Positions 23,960 to 34,625 of a stretch of DNA of 46,403 bases are shown here, in pieces. The notes beneath the pieces were generated by a model. That model ran no database searches. It saw only the letters and a program-made list of their open reading frames with translations, and had not been told where the DNA came from. This stretch comes from Octopus bimaculoides (taxonomy: Eukaryota). Numbering within the stretch: the stretch's first letter is position 1; each line of letters starts with the position of its first letter. A program made the translations under genes and the position numbers. The stretch spans positions 30,624,905-30,671,307 of the forward strand of contig NC_068982.1 of assembly GCF_001194135.2 (NCBI RefSeq), written 5' to 3'.

Positions 23960-24230
23960 AGGGAATCATTTCTAGTATGCAGGAAAGAAGACTGTGAGGA
24001 TATAAATGTATTATACAAATGAAAGATAATAGTTTAAGTGTAGAAGTGCCAAATGATTTAAGCAGAAGGAGCCCATGGGAAAGAAAGAGCAAAAAGGCAA
24101 GGGAAGAAGTGGTGAAAATTGATCTCAGGAGCCTGAACCTCAAAAGAGGTGATAAATGACTCAGATGAAAAATGTGATAATGTGCTGGAGGAAACTTATC
24201 TAACCCATGCAAGAATGAAAAATAGACTTA
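23960..24230 (+). mobile_element. RTE-type LINE 3' fragment
   Basis: Decayed GHMR...RRSPWERKSKKAREEVVKIDLRSLNL, like the RTE GRPRKTWxEVVKxDLRxLGL C-terminus. Confidence 0.45.
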
Positions 24231-24419
24231 GAATGATATGGAGGATAATATCAGAAGAAACTAAATGAATCTGAAAATAAAATTCATTATTTGATAATAA
24301 AAGGAAAATAAACTCAGTTTTTTTTTTCTTTTTTACAAATGTAGTTGATTTTGAGAGAGTCCTTTATATATTTCAATTATATATTTAATTAAAATATAAA
24401 AGTTTTTTAATCAAAATAT

Positions 24420-24476
24420 ATGTGCATAAGTGTAAAGATATATATATATATACACATGCATATATACATATATATA

Positions 24477-24525
<49 letters not shown>

Positions 24526-24630
24526 GCATACATACACATGCATGCATACATGCACACACATATATATATACACTTATATATGTATATATATATTTACATA
24601 CATACACACATGCACACACACACACACATT
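24420..24630. repeat. (AT)/(ATAC)/(CA) compound microsatellite
   Basis: Direct reading. Confidence 0.9.
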
Positions 24631-25627
24631 ATATAAATTCATAAGCACATACACACATATAACAGTTTTTTTTTTTTATATGAAAGTAATTACGGTGCTA
24701 CAAAAGGTTTTTGAGTATTCTAACATTTTTATCATGATAAAGGACAACATCAACAGAATTTAAGCCACTATTTGACAAGAACAGCACATTCTATTGTGCA
24801 ACATGACTCAAAATGATTCCATTCTCTGACAGCAACCATTTTAATTCTTTCATTTTTATTACGGCTTTCTTTTTTTTTTTTTTTCCTAATTCTAACTCTA
24901 ATTTTCATTGAATTTATTTCTTTATTTTTTTTCCCTTTAAATATTTAAAAAAAAAAGTTTATATCATTTTTATTAAAGAAATAAAAGACTGATTTGATTG
25001 GATATTCCACTTTTCCCTATTTATTTATTTATTTATTTATCTATTTATCCCTCTTACTCTCTCTCTCTCTCTGTTTCTTTCTTTCTTTCTCCCCTCTCTC
25101 TCTCTTTTTAATCATATATGTTATAACTATTACAAATACAGCTATTCTTTACAGTCTGCTAATTAAAAATATAAAATGTCATTTTAGTCTGCTTATTAAA
25201 AATATATAAAAAAGGAAAAAAAAAAAAATCTCTCATTCCTAAAAAAAAATTTTTTTTCTTTTATTTATTTTTTTCCATCTATTTTGTTCTTCTTCAACAT
25301 GCTGATTTGCAGGAATTAGTTACTTTGCTTGGTTAGAGATATTGTGACATTAATGTGGCAACTTGGCAGTAGGAATGGCTCTTCACATAATGTTCAGCAG
25401 AAGTGAAGAAAGACAGGCATATTGCTATGATTGCACCTGAGAGCAAAATTACATATTTACAATTCTTTTCCTGACCATATTGCTTTCCTTTTTTTTTCTT
25501 TCTTGTTATTCTCCCCACCCCACCCACCAATCTTCTTCTTCTTTTTTTTTTGTCCACTTATAAAATATCTACCATGTTATGAAAGAACATTGAATATGAA
25601 GAATGTCTTACACTGAAATGAAGTCAG

Positions 25628-26110
25628 TTGTTGTTGTTGTTGTTGTTGTTGTTGTTATTATTTATTCATTTATTTATTTTTTGCTATAACTTTTCCTCTT
25701 CATTATCATTGTCATCATCACCACCATCATTGTTGACATCATCATTGTCATCATCATCATCATCATCATCATCAAGAGCAACAGCAGCAGCAACAAAAGT
25801 ATCTTCTCCTCCTCCTCCTCCTGTCCTTTTTTCTCCTCCTCCTCTCTTCTTCTACTTCTTTCATCATCTCCCCCCTCCTCCTCCTCCTCCATTATCAGAA
25901 TAAGTACCTTCATCATCCTCATCATCATTCACATCACCATCATACTCTTCCTCATCATCATCACCATCATCCTCATCATCATCACCATCGTCCTCCTCCT
26001 CAGCATCATCACCATCATCCTCATCTTCATCATCAACACCATCATCCTCATTATCATCCTCACCACGACCACCACAACCATCATCATCATCATCATCATC
26101 CACATGATTC
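25628..26110. repeat. Compound (GTT)/(CAT)/(CCT) trinucleotide low-complexity array
   Basis: Direct reading. Confidence 0.9.
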
Positions 26111-26495
26111 ATCACCCATCAAACTCTACTCTGCACCCCGCCCACTCCTTTCACACACCTACCTCTTTTATAACTCGCCTTCTTGTGTTTGTTTCATATT
26201 CTCTTTTCCTCAAACAGAAGCTGAAATAAGACAAGGTGTAGCTGTTGTTTAGCAACTCCTCCTACCCTCACAGTTTACCTCCAAACAAGCAAACCAATGA
26301 TAAAATTGTATTCCAACTCTGACCATACTGTCTCTTTATTTATAGTCTTTCATATTCTGTAGTTGTGTGGTTAAGAGGTATGCTTCATTATCATATGGTT
26401 TCAGGTTCTGTCCTGTTACGTGTCATTTAATATAGCCCCAGGACAACCAATGTTTTATGAGTAAATGTGTGACAAATGGAAACTGTGAAGAAGCC

Positions 26496-26505
26496 TATCT
26501 ATCTA

Positions 26506-26536
<31 letters not shown>

Positions 26537-26609
26537 ATCTATCTATCTCTCTATCTCTCTATCTCTCTATCTATCTCTCTATCTATCTATCTCTCTATCT
26601 CTCTCTCTA

Positions 26610-26640
<31 letters not shown>
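26496..26640. repeat. (TC)/(TCTA)n microsatellite inside a decayed family A SINE
   Basis: Begins right after ggaaactgtgaagaagcc, the family A microsatellite position. Confidence 0.9.
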
Positions 26641-26764
26641 GTCTCAAAACAAATTCACACGCAGGAATTTTTTAGATTCTTGATTTTAAGAAGTGATCTT
26701 ACTTAATTATCAATTGACTTCCACCATGTATGTATGTATGTATGTGTGTATGTATATATGTATG

Positions 26765-27096
26765 CATGGCTCAGTGGTTAGAGTGTCGAGCTTACGATCG
26801 TAAGGTTGTGAGTTCGAATTGCGCACCAGGCTGTGTGTTGTGTTCTTGGGCAAGACACTTTATTTCACGTTGCTCCAGTTCACTCAGCTGTAGAAATGAG
26901 TTGCGACGTCACTGGTGCCAAGCTGTATCAGCCTTTGCCTTTCCCTTGGATAACACTGGTGGCATGGAGAGGGGAGGCCGGTATGCATGGGCGACAACTG
27001 GTCCTCCATAAACAATCTTGCCCGGACTTGTGCCTGGGGTGGGGGGGTAACTTTCTAGGTGCAATCCCATGGTCAGTCATGACTGAAGGGGGTCTC
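26765..27096 (+). mobile_element. tRNA-derived CORE-like SINE (distinct family), well preserved
   Basis: A box tggctcagtgg, B box gagttcgaat, core gtgttgtgttcttgggcaagacactttatttcacgttgctccagttcactcagctg; embedded in (TATG)n. Octopus OR1/OR2 SINEs are known CORE-SINEs. Confidence 0.8.
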
Positions 27097-28239
27097 AGCA
27101 TGCATGTATGTATGTGTGATGTGTGTATGTGTGTATGTATGTACATACATATGTCATTATTTAGTTTTCTTTCAAGATTTGCCAATAGAGAAAGAGACAC
27201 CTTCTAAAACTTAGATCCAAAGCTCCTCCATTGGAAATTCAACAACATGAACAGGGTATTTTTTCATGTATGTATATGTATATGTGCAGATCTGTGAGTT
27301 TTGTATTATGTATTTTCATGCATATAGTTGCATGTCAAGACATGCTCATACTCAGTTGATTCATATATCCAACAGCGGGTTTTGTTTTGCTCTTTTATAA
27401 CAGTGAAATAAATCAGTATTCAATTCATAACTCGAAGAAAAATGAATTTTGTAGTTATGGTTACTTCTATATCTACAACTGGAAAGAATCTGTTTGCTTG
27501 TTGAGCTGTTGTTTTCATTCTGTTCTTTGGCAGTGTTGTTGATGATGTGTCCACCATGTTGTTTGTAGTAACTCTCTGCATAGTAAATTCAAGTTTCAGT
27601 TGAAAATCGCTATGATCTTGTATAAAAGGCTCCTTGAGTTAATTCATCTGAAGATTAACCAGTTATTTAAAAGTCTGATAGTTGTGGCTTCAAAGTTGGA
27701 GATAGTATTCATCATATTTTCAATAAGTAGTCTCCCACACCAAATACGCAACTTGTCACTTTGAGTTGCACTGTATGTACGTATGTATGTATGTATGTAT
27801 GTAAGTATGTATGTATGTAAAAAGTATGAGGAATTTTGATTAGGGTGACTCAAACTAATAGGTATGAGCATTGAGTGCTCAAATTGGTATGCCACTAGAA
27901 TTACTGTTTGAGCTGCAATTGAAGATGTGATTTTGTGACTGTCCTTTCCAAGTGACCAGAAGTGGCTTCTCCATGAGTTGATAAGCATAGATTAAAACAG
28001 AAACGAAAAGGCAAACGGTTTGGCAAGACTTGACAAAGGCATTTAATTTAGCTAAATAATACAGACACTATTTAAACCTTTTATTATATAACTAAATTAA
28101 ACAACCTTGTCAATTTTTGCAATTCTGTTTGCCATTTCTGCTTTGTACAAGGTGCAGAAGGTATTTGAAGACATACCTTTTTGGAGTCATTGCTGCATTT
28201 TTTACTAACTCTGTATAATCTTTGTTTCAGAAAATAATA

Positions 28240-28655
28240 ATGGCAGACCCTCAGCTTACTCAAGAAACGAAGAGGCATGCTGTTATTGTGGTTATAAAGG
28301 CTGAGCATAGTGATTTAAAAATATCTCGATTTTTAAAAGTTGCCAGAAGATGGAAGATGGAAATGTATCTACAGTATCAAAGCATAAAAAGCATTCTAAA
28401 CACTCTGAAATCATGAGAACACCGGAATTTATCCAGCAAGTTTAACAGACCATTGATTACAATCCCAGAAAGTCCATGAGGTCAATTGCAAAAGATTTCC
28501 ATGTGTTAGAAGGAACAGTCAGAAATGTTGTCCACGAAGACATGAGATATAAGTCTTATATGACGAGGAAAGAAAAAGCAAAAGAAAATCACTGCATCAG
28601 ATCTAAAAGGCTCTTAAACAAACTTAAAAATCCAGCAGAAAAAGATTTGATTTGG
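28240..28655 (+). mobile_element. Tc1/mariner (DD37D/maT-like) transposase 5' fragment
   Basis: MADPQLTQETKRHAVIVVIKAEHSDLKISRFLKV... and MRSIAKDFHVLEGTVRNVVHEDMRYKSY...KRLLNKLK (HTH); frameshifted, with no catalytic domain. Confidence 0.7.
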
Positions 28656-28751
28656 TCTGGGAATTGAACTCATTACTTCATGATTGTGAACTTGATGTTC
28701 TAACCACTGAGCCACATGCCTTCACACTTATGTATGTATGCATATATATAA

Positions 28752-28939
28752 TCCTTTCTACTATAGGTACAAGGCTTGAAATTTGGGGGACCCCAGTATT
28801 CAATTGGTACTTATTTCATCGATTCCAAAAGGATGAAAAGTAAAGTTGACCTCAGCATAATTTGAACTCAGAACGTAGCGGCAGATGAAATATTGCTAAG
28901 CATTTTGCTCGGCATGCTAACGATTCTGCCAGTTCACCG
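28752..28939 (-). mobile_element. SINE family B
   Basis: Reverse complement of the B consensus (atttgaactcagaacgtagcggcagatgaaat...gctaacgattctgccag). Confidence 0.85.
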
Positions 28940-29939
28940 TCCTTTTAAGCATATATATATATATGAAAAAATTGAGCTTGATTTGAATGTTCAAGATGAA
29001 TAAAATAGTTTCCAGAGAAATATCAGTTGGTGAGTTCATTTTACCCTTTGGAACATTCTATTTATTCTTGTGTATATACAGGCAGACATTATGAATTTAT
29101 GTTGGTGTATATACAAGCAGTCAGTTACTAGATTTGTAAGCCAGGATAACTATGTACAGTTTGTATCTAGCATTAGTTTTCCAAATATTTTTTCTTTAGT
29201 ATAGATGATATATTTTTACTTAAGCCATCATAAACATAGCAATGTAGTAATGACAATGAAAATGCTGAAAATTTACAGCAATTTGATGTACATTGCAAAA
29301 TAATCCATTTGTTTGTTACTACCAACCATTGCATAATAATCCATGTGTTTGTTACTATCAACCGTTGCATGTGACTTGATTTTATAACATAATTGAGTTT
29401 AAGGAGTTGGTATGTTACTATGGGTGTTTGTTAGTCAAATGTATGGTAATTTAAATAGGAAAAATCCAGCTTCTGCTATACAAACATGATTATAGGATAT
29501 GAGCTGAGCATTACAGTATGTAAAATAAGCAGTACTCAAAGTCTATTAATAGACAAGAGGACAAGGACAGTTAACCTTAAGTGTATGGGTATAGGACAAC
29601 ATCAATAACACTATACAAACTACAGACTAATGAGAGTACCGCTATGTAGTTTTTTGATTTGCTAGAAATAAAAGTAAATATACCTCAAATTTCACCATAT
29701 TGTCTTAAAGGCATTGCTGTGGTTGTAAGAGGTCCACTGCACAACTTTGTGGTTTGGAATTCAGTCTCAACATACAAGACTTTTGACAAATATCTTCCAC
29801 TGTAGTCTTGCATTGACCAAAGCCCTGTCAATGAACCGACTCAAAATATGTTAATTTATGCTTTTGGGTGTGTAAGGAAACAATAATAGGAGTGGAATCT
29901 GCTGGCCATTTATATATATATATATATATCTGTATATAT

Positions 29940-30130
29940 GGGAGAATATACAAATAATAACAACAGACGAGGACAGGTGGTTTAAATAACAAAAGTATAT
30001 ATTAGTATGACGCTCGGGAATACGGAAAGTCTTTGATGTTTCGAGCTACGCTCTTCAACAGAAAGAATACGGAGACAAGGAGAAAAACATGGAGAAAAAA
30101 AATTGAATAGTGTTCAGTCAACGGTCAATC
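29940..30130 (-). mobile_element. Short hammerhead-bearing element embedded in (TA)n
   Basis: About 190 bp, CpG-rich relative to flanks, bounded by (TA)n on both sides; contains the motif at 30030-30066. Confidence 0.5.
30030..30066 (-). ncRNA. Minimal type I hammerhead-like motif (variant core)
   Basis: Minus strand tcttt-CTGTTGA-a-gagc(gta)gctc-GAAAC-ATC-aaaga: stems I and II perfect; core has A6>U; ATC in place of GTC. Confidence 0.45.
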
Positions 30131-30553
30131 ATATATATANNNNNNNNNNNNNNNNNNNNNNNNNNNNNNNNNNNNNNNNNNNNNNNNNNNNNNNNNNNNN
30201 NNNNNNNNNNNNNNNNNNNNNNNNNNNNNNNNNNNNNNNNNNNNNNNNNNNNNNNNNNNNNNNNNNNNNNNNNNNNNNNNNNNNNNNNNNNNNNNNNNNN
30301 NNNNNNNNNNNNNNNNNNNNNNNNNNNNNNNNNNNNNNNNNNNNNNNNNNNNNNNNNNNNNNNNNNNNNNNNNNNNNNNNNNNNNNNNNNNNNNNNNNNN
30401 NNNNNNNNNNNNNNNNNNNNNNNNNNNNNNNNNNNNNNNNNNNNNNNNNNNNNNNNNNNNNNNNNNNNNNNNNNNNNNNNNNNNNNNNNNNNNNNNNNNN
30501 NNNNNNNNNNNNNNNNNNNNNNNNNNNNNNNNNNNNNNNNNNNNNNNNNNNTA

Positions 30554-30720
30554 GGCACAGGAATAGCTGTGTGGTAAGTAGCTTGCTTACCAACCACGTG
30601 GTTCCGGGTTCAGTTCCATTGCGTGGTACCTTGTGCAAGTGTCCTCTGTTATAGCCTCGGGTCGACAAAAGCCTTGTGAGTGGATTTGGTAGATGGAAAC
30701 TGAAAGAAGCTCATCGTATA
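30554..30720 (+). mobile_element. SINE family A 5' half
   Basis: ggcacaggaatagctgtgtggtaagtagcttgcttaccaaccacgtggttccgggttcag...gaaactgaaagaagc. Confidence 0.9.
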
Positions 30721-30734
30721 TATATATATACATA

Positions 30735-30910
30735 TGATGGGCTTCATCAACCAAATTTATTCTCAAGGCATTGGTTGGTCTGGATCTATAATAAAAGACT
30801 CTTGCCCAAGGTGCTGTGATGTAGGACTGATTACAAAACCACGTAATCATGAGGTTTTGTGTTCAGTCCAACAACACAGCAACTTTTTTAACCACATACT
30901 ATGCTTCTAC
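30735..30910 (-). mobile_element. SINE family A 5' half, antisense and more decayed
   Basis: Reverse complement gives gtatgtggttaaaaagttgc...cagcaccttgggcaagagtcttttattatag...aatgccttgag. Confidence 0.7.
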
Positions 30911-31046
30911 CTGCCATACCATTTTATTTATTTATTTATTTCTGTATAAATAATTGCGTGTTTAAAACTTTAAATCTGGCCATTTATATATTGCCACAAT
31001 TCAAAATTTTAAATAAATGCTGTATAAAATGCATAACTGCTCACTA

Positions 31047-31760
31047 TAAGGGTGTTAAAAAATGTCCAGAGCTTTAGACATGCATAGTACAAGACTGACT
31101 TTAACAATGTCACACTACATGATTAAGACTTTCTGAAGATACAGTGACTGGTTTTGTGTTGGATTCATTTCTGAACCTCAATACAGTAATTGTACAGGAA
31201 AGTTCAAAACTGTTGCTATCAATACTGCATGATGCCATTTGATGCTCAACCAGAAATTGGCTACTGGGAGCATTAATGTAAAGGAGCACATGTGAATATG
31301 ATGTATAATTTTTAAGCAGCTTTAATTCAAAGAATCATATTTGAACATAACATATTTGGATAAATTCTTTATGAATTCTGTTAAAATACTATTGTATAGT
31401 ATTGTAGTGATTCAATCTCTAACCACCAGATTACTCAGTTAGGCATCACAAGTGAGCCACCACAGTTTCACATGATTGATCTATAAATTGACCATCAGCA
31501 TGAAATTGTGGTGTGATATAGCTTCTTGGATGTTGTAGAATTTAACCTCTTTTCATTTCATAAAAACCGTTTTGGCACCTAACTTGGCAGGCAGATGACT
31601 TCCAGCTTTTGAAGAGGCAACTTGGGACATTTGTCCAAACAGTTTTAGGTGCTCGGACAGACCGATTCTGAACATTCGTACAATGTCCCATGAATAACTT
31701 TCACAGATATGTCATGGTTTTTCTCTCCTCCTTGTTGGCAATTGCATTATTAATATCATT
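31047..31760 (-). mobile_element. Highly decayed mariner relic
   Basis: TA|taagggtgttaaaaaatgtccagag is TIR-like; the minus strand has remnants of the WVP (ccaagttaggtgccaaaacgg), DETW (atcatgtgaaactgtggtg) and HDNA (cattaatgctccc) regions. Confidence 0.5.
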
Positions 31761-32304
31761 GTAAATAGCCAAACATATAATATTATGTTCAGTAATAAAT
31801 ATTAGTTAAAGGTTTGTGAGTTTGTTTGAGTTATTATTCACACAGCCAATGACATTCCACATGTACACTACGATGAAGGTGACTCAGATGTTTAAAATAT
31901 ATCATTATTAACCAGCTGAACACGAGCGACCAAGCAAACCACATGAGACTATTAACCACATTAACGAAAAAAAGCATTCTTCATATATCTGACTATGTAA
32001 TCCCCTGGTAATTATGAATTGATGGTTAAAAACTGGAAATACATTAAAAGAAAAATATATATGAGAAATACAAGTAAAGATTTAACATGTTTAAACAAAA
32101 AAAAAAAAGAAATACTGATTCATGATTCAAGACAGGAAACTCATGAATATGATGATGTGTTTATATTCTTTGGATTTATATACATCGACCATGAAGGTGA
32201 AAAGTAGTGACTGTGTGTTCTCTGTTATAAAACATAGTGCAAAGAAAGTATAAAGTCAACTAGACTTTGCCGACATTTAGAAACAAGATGTTAAACATAA
32301 ACGT

Positions 32305-32498
32305 AGGCACAGGCTTGGTTGTATGGTTAAGAAGCCTGTTTTGCAACTACATGGTTGTCAGTTCAGTCCCATGGTACATCACCTTAGTTTAGTGGATTCT
32401 ACTCTAACTCTGGGTCAACCAATGCCTTGTGAGTGAATTTGGAAGAAAGAAACTGTGGAACCTGTTATATGTGTGTTTGTGTGTGTGTGTGTTTGTAT

Positions 32499-32538
<40 letters not shown>

Positions 32539-32720
32539 ATGTGTTTGTTTTCCCACCATTGCTTGATTACTGATATTGGTTTGCTCCTGTCCTTTGACAA
32601 AAGAGACCAACAGAGAAAGTACCAAACTTAAAAGTTAAGTACTGTGGTTGATTTCTTCAATTAAACTCTTCAAGGTGGTGCCCCAGCATGGCCACAGTCC
32701 AATGACTGCAACAAGTAAAA
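32305..32720 (+). mobile_element. SINE family A, full length, decayed
   Basis: ggcacaggc...ggttaagaagc head, internal (GT)n, tail ccccagcatggccacagtccaatgactgcaacaagtaaaa. Confidence 0.8.
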
Positions 32721-32956
32721 TGATGAGTATTTCCAAAGGAGATGCCAGGAACTACTTTCACGAGAAAAGGCAATAGCAAAAATGGCAACTGGCTGTGATA
32801 ATAAAACTGCTGTGCTGGCATTGTATGATGTGTCTCTTGTAATTTCAGAGTGTGGAAAACCAAACACAGCAGTGGAAGAACTAATTCTACCAACNNNNNN
32901 NNNNACCAAACACAGCAGTGGAAGAACTAATTCTACCAACTTACAAACCTTTTGCC

Positions 32957-33632
32957 TTTTTTTTTTTTTTTTGATGGTTAAGTTCCAACCCAGACTGCAG
33001 CAACAAAGTCCACCTGCCACACTTCCTGATCCAAGAGGTCCTGGATTCATTGCAGGCTGGTGAATGTAATCAAGTTGTTGATGTAAATGTGACAACATTT
33101 TCCTCTTCTTACATCACCAGGAAGTGAGTTCCACAGAACTAATTTGGATGCTTCCAGTTCATTGTGCCACATGCAGTGACTAGATAATTGCAGCTGTCTT
33201 TGCCCGATCTTCTTGCTAACTTTCGGCAGGTCTCCATAAAGACATTTGTTTGTTATGTGTTGCTGCCATTTCCCATTTAGGGCTATTCATAGCATCCTTG
33301 TGTAACAGTCGTCTAGTCCAGGGGTTTTCAAACTGTGGTCCGCGGACCACAGGGGGTCCGCAAGGACAAGACAGCAAATACTTTTTATGGGCAATTTGAT
33401 TTTATATATGTTTTTTAATCGAAATCTTTTAATTGACAATAAACCTATTTGTTAAATACTGTTAAATAAATAAATGTAAAAATATATGTTGTTTTAAGCA
33501 AATATTTATGTATAAATTTCATAAGCGTTTATAAGGGGGTCCTTAAGGTAAAGCCTGAAATATAAAGGGGTCCGCAAGTCAAAAAGTTTGAAAACCCCTG
33601 GTCTAGTCTGTTTGATAATGCATAGAAACCAG
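32957..33632 (-). mobile_element. RTE-type LINE 3' end with poly(A) tail, split by a MITE
   Basis: Joining across the MITE gives RLDDCYTRML*IALNGKWQQHITNKCLYGDLPKVSKKIGQRQLQLSSHC...LVLW (LDGCYTRMLR...LYGxLP motif); the T-run at 32957-32972 is the tail. Confidence 0.75.
33319..33600. mobile_element. 282-bp hAT (Buster/Charlie-type) MITE
   Basis: Perfect 16-bp TIRs caggggttttcaaact / agtttgaaaacccctg; perfect 8-bp TSD gtctagtc (33311-33318, 33601-33608) resembling the NTCTAGAN target; subterminal ggggtccgc repeats. Confidence 0.95.
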
Positions 33633-33807
33633 GTAGCAAGGGATTATGATTTGACTCCATAACCAAACAATACTATGAAGCAGAAAACAGATGTCATGAC
33701 GATATCAAAAACCAGTAAGTGAAAAGAGTTCTTAAAAGTAAATACTATATCATACACTTAAATGAAAGTACAGATATTTCAAACAGTGCTGATTTGCTAG
33801 CATTAAT

Positions 33808-34004
33808 ATTCTTTCTATCATTGCCAGAAGGCCTGAAATTTTGCAGAGAGGGGCCAGATATTTACATCAATTACTTATTTTATCGACCCCAAAAAGATGA
33901 AAGGTAAAGTAAACGTCAGCATCAATTTAGCTCAGAACATAAATTCAGAAAAAATGCTGCTAAGCATGTTGCCTAGCATTCTAATGATTCTTCCATCTTG
34001 CTGC
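33808..34004 (-). mobile_element. SINE family B inserted in the hAT relic
   Basis: ttttatcgaccccaaaaagatgaaaggtaaagt...gctcagaac...gctaagcat is the antisense B core. Confidence 0.75.
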
Positions 34005-34444
34005 TTATTTTCTTGCATTTATATGGTATGAATTTAATGGTATGATTGGTAAAGATTTTCAGTTTTGCTAATCTTCACCAATACTTAGAACCAGGGGCAT
34101 ACATGTGTGATATTTTTATGTATTTAAACAACCTGAATTTGAGTCTATAAAGGAAATCCATAATGTTTTAAACATCAAAGATAAAGAGGAAGCCATGATT
34201 ATGGGATTAAACTTATGGCTTAAACATCTGCAGAGCAGCGTGTTTAAATTGGTTTTTTTTTTTTAGGCTCTGGAGCTTTCTTGAAACTTCTGATATTGAT
34301 GACTTCCTGGAAGAAATAAGAAACATTTTCATTTACCATTTGCAAAGTTTTAAGACCTGTTTCAGGGATTATCTTTATCTTCTAGATCCTCACCATCACT
34401 GAGGTTGTTGTCATCATTGTCAGCATCGTCGTCATTGTCATTGC

Positions 34445-34625
34445 CATCATCATCATCGTCATTTTACGTCCATGTTCCATGCTGGCATGGGTTGGACAAT
34501 TTGATAGGAACCGATGCATCCAAGAACTGCATTGAGCCCCAATGTCTGTTTTGGCATGGTTTTATAACCGGACGCCCATCCTTATGCCAACCACTTTATA
34601 GCATAGACTGCATACTCTTTTTCTT
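34445..34625 (-). mobile_element. SINE-like family C, decayed
   Basis: catcatcatcatcgtcattttacgtccatgttccatgctggcatgggttggac...gcccatccttatgccaaccac. Confidence 0.7.

Larger units (their letters stand above)
32721..34385 (+). mobile_element. Buster/Charlie-type hAT transposase relic in three pieces (32721-32945, 33640-33807, 34005-34385)
   Basis: Collinear motifs DEYFQRR...ALYDVSLVISECGKPNTAVEELILP; NNTM...IIHLNESTDISNSADLL (LDESTD-like, catalytic D replaced by N); YMCDIFMYLNNLNLSL; HLQSFKTCFRDY. Confidence 0.75.

Noticed and set aside
25674-26115. Acidic (D/E-rich) and poly-M/S/P ORFs
   Set aside because: Products of (CAT)/(CCT) arrays, open in several frames on both strands, with no splice or domain evidence.
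32859-32940. Exact 36-bp duplication on both sides of a 10-N gap
   Set aside because: Identical copies flanking a minimal gap are the signature of an unmerged contig overlap, not a biological tandem repeat.
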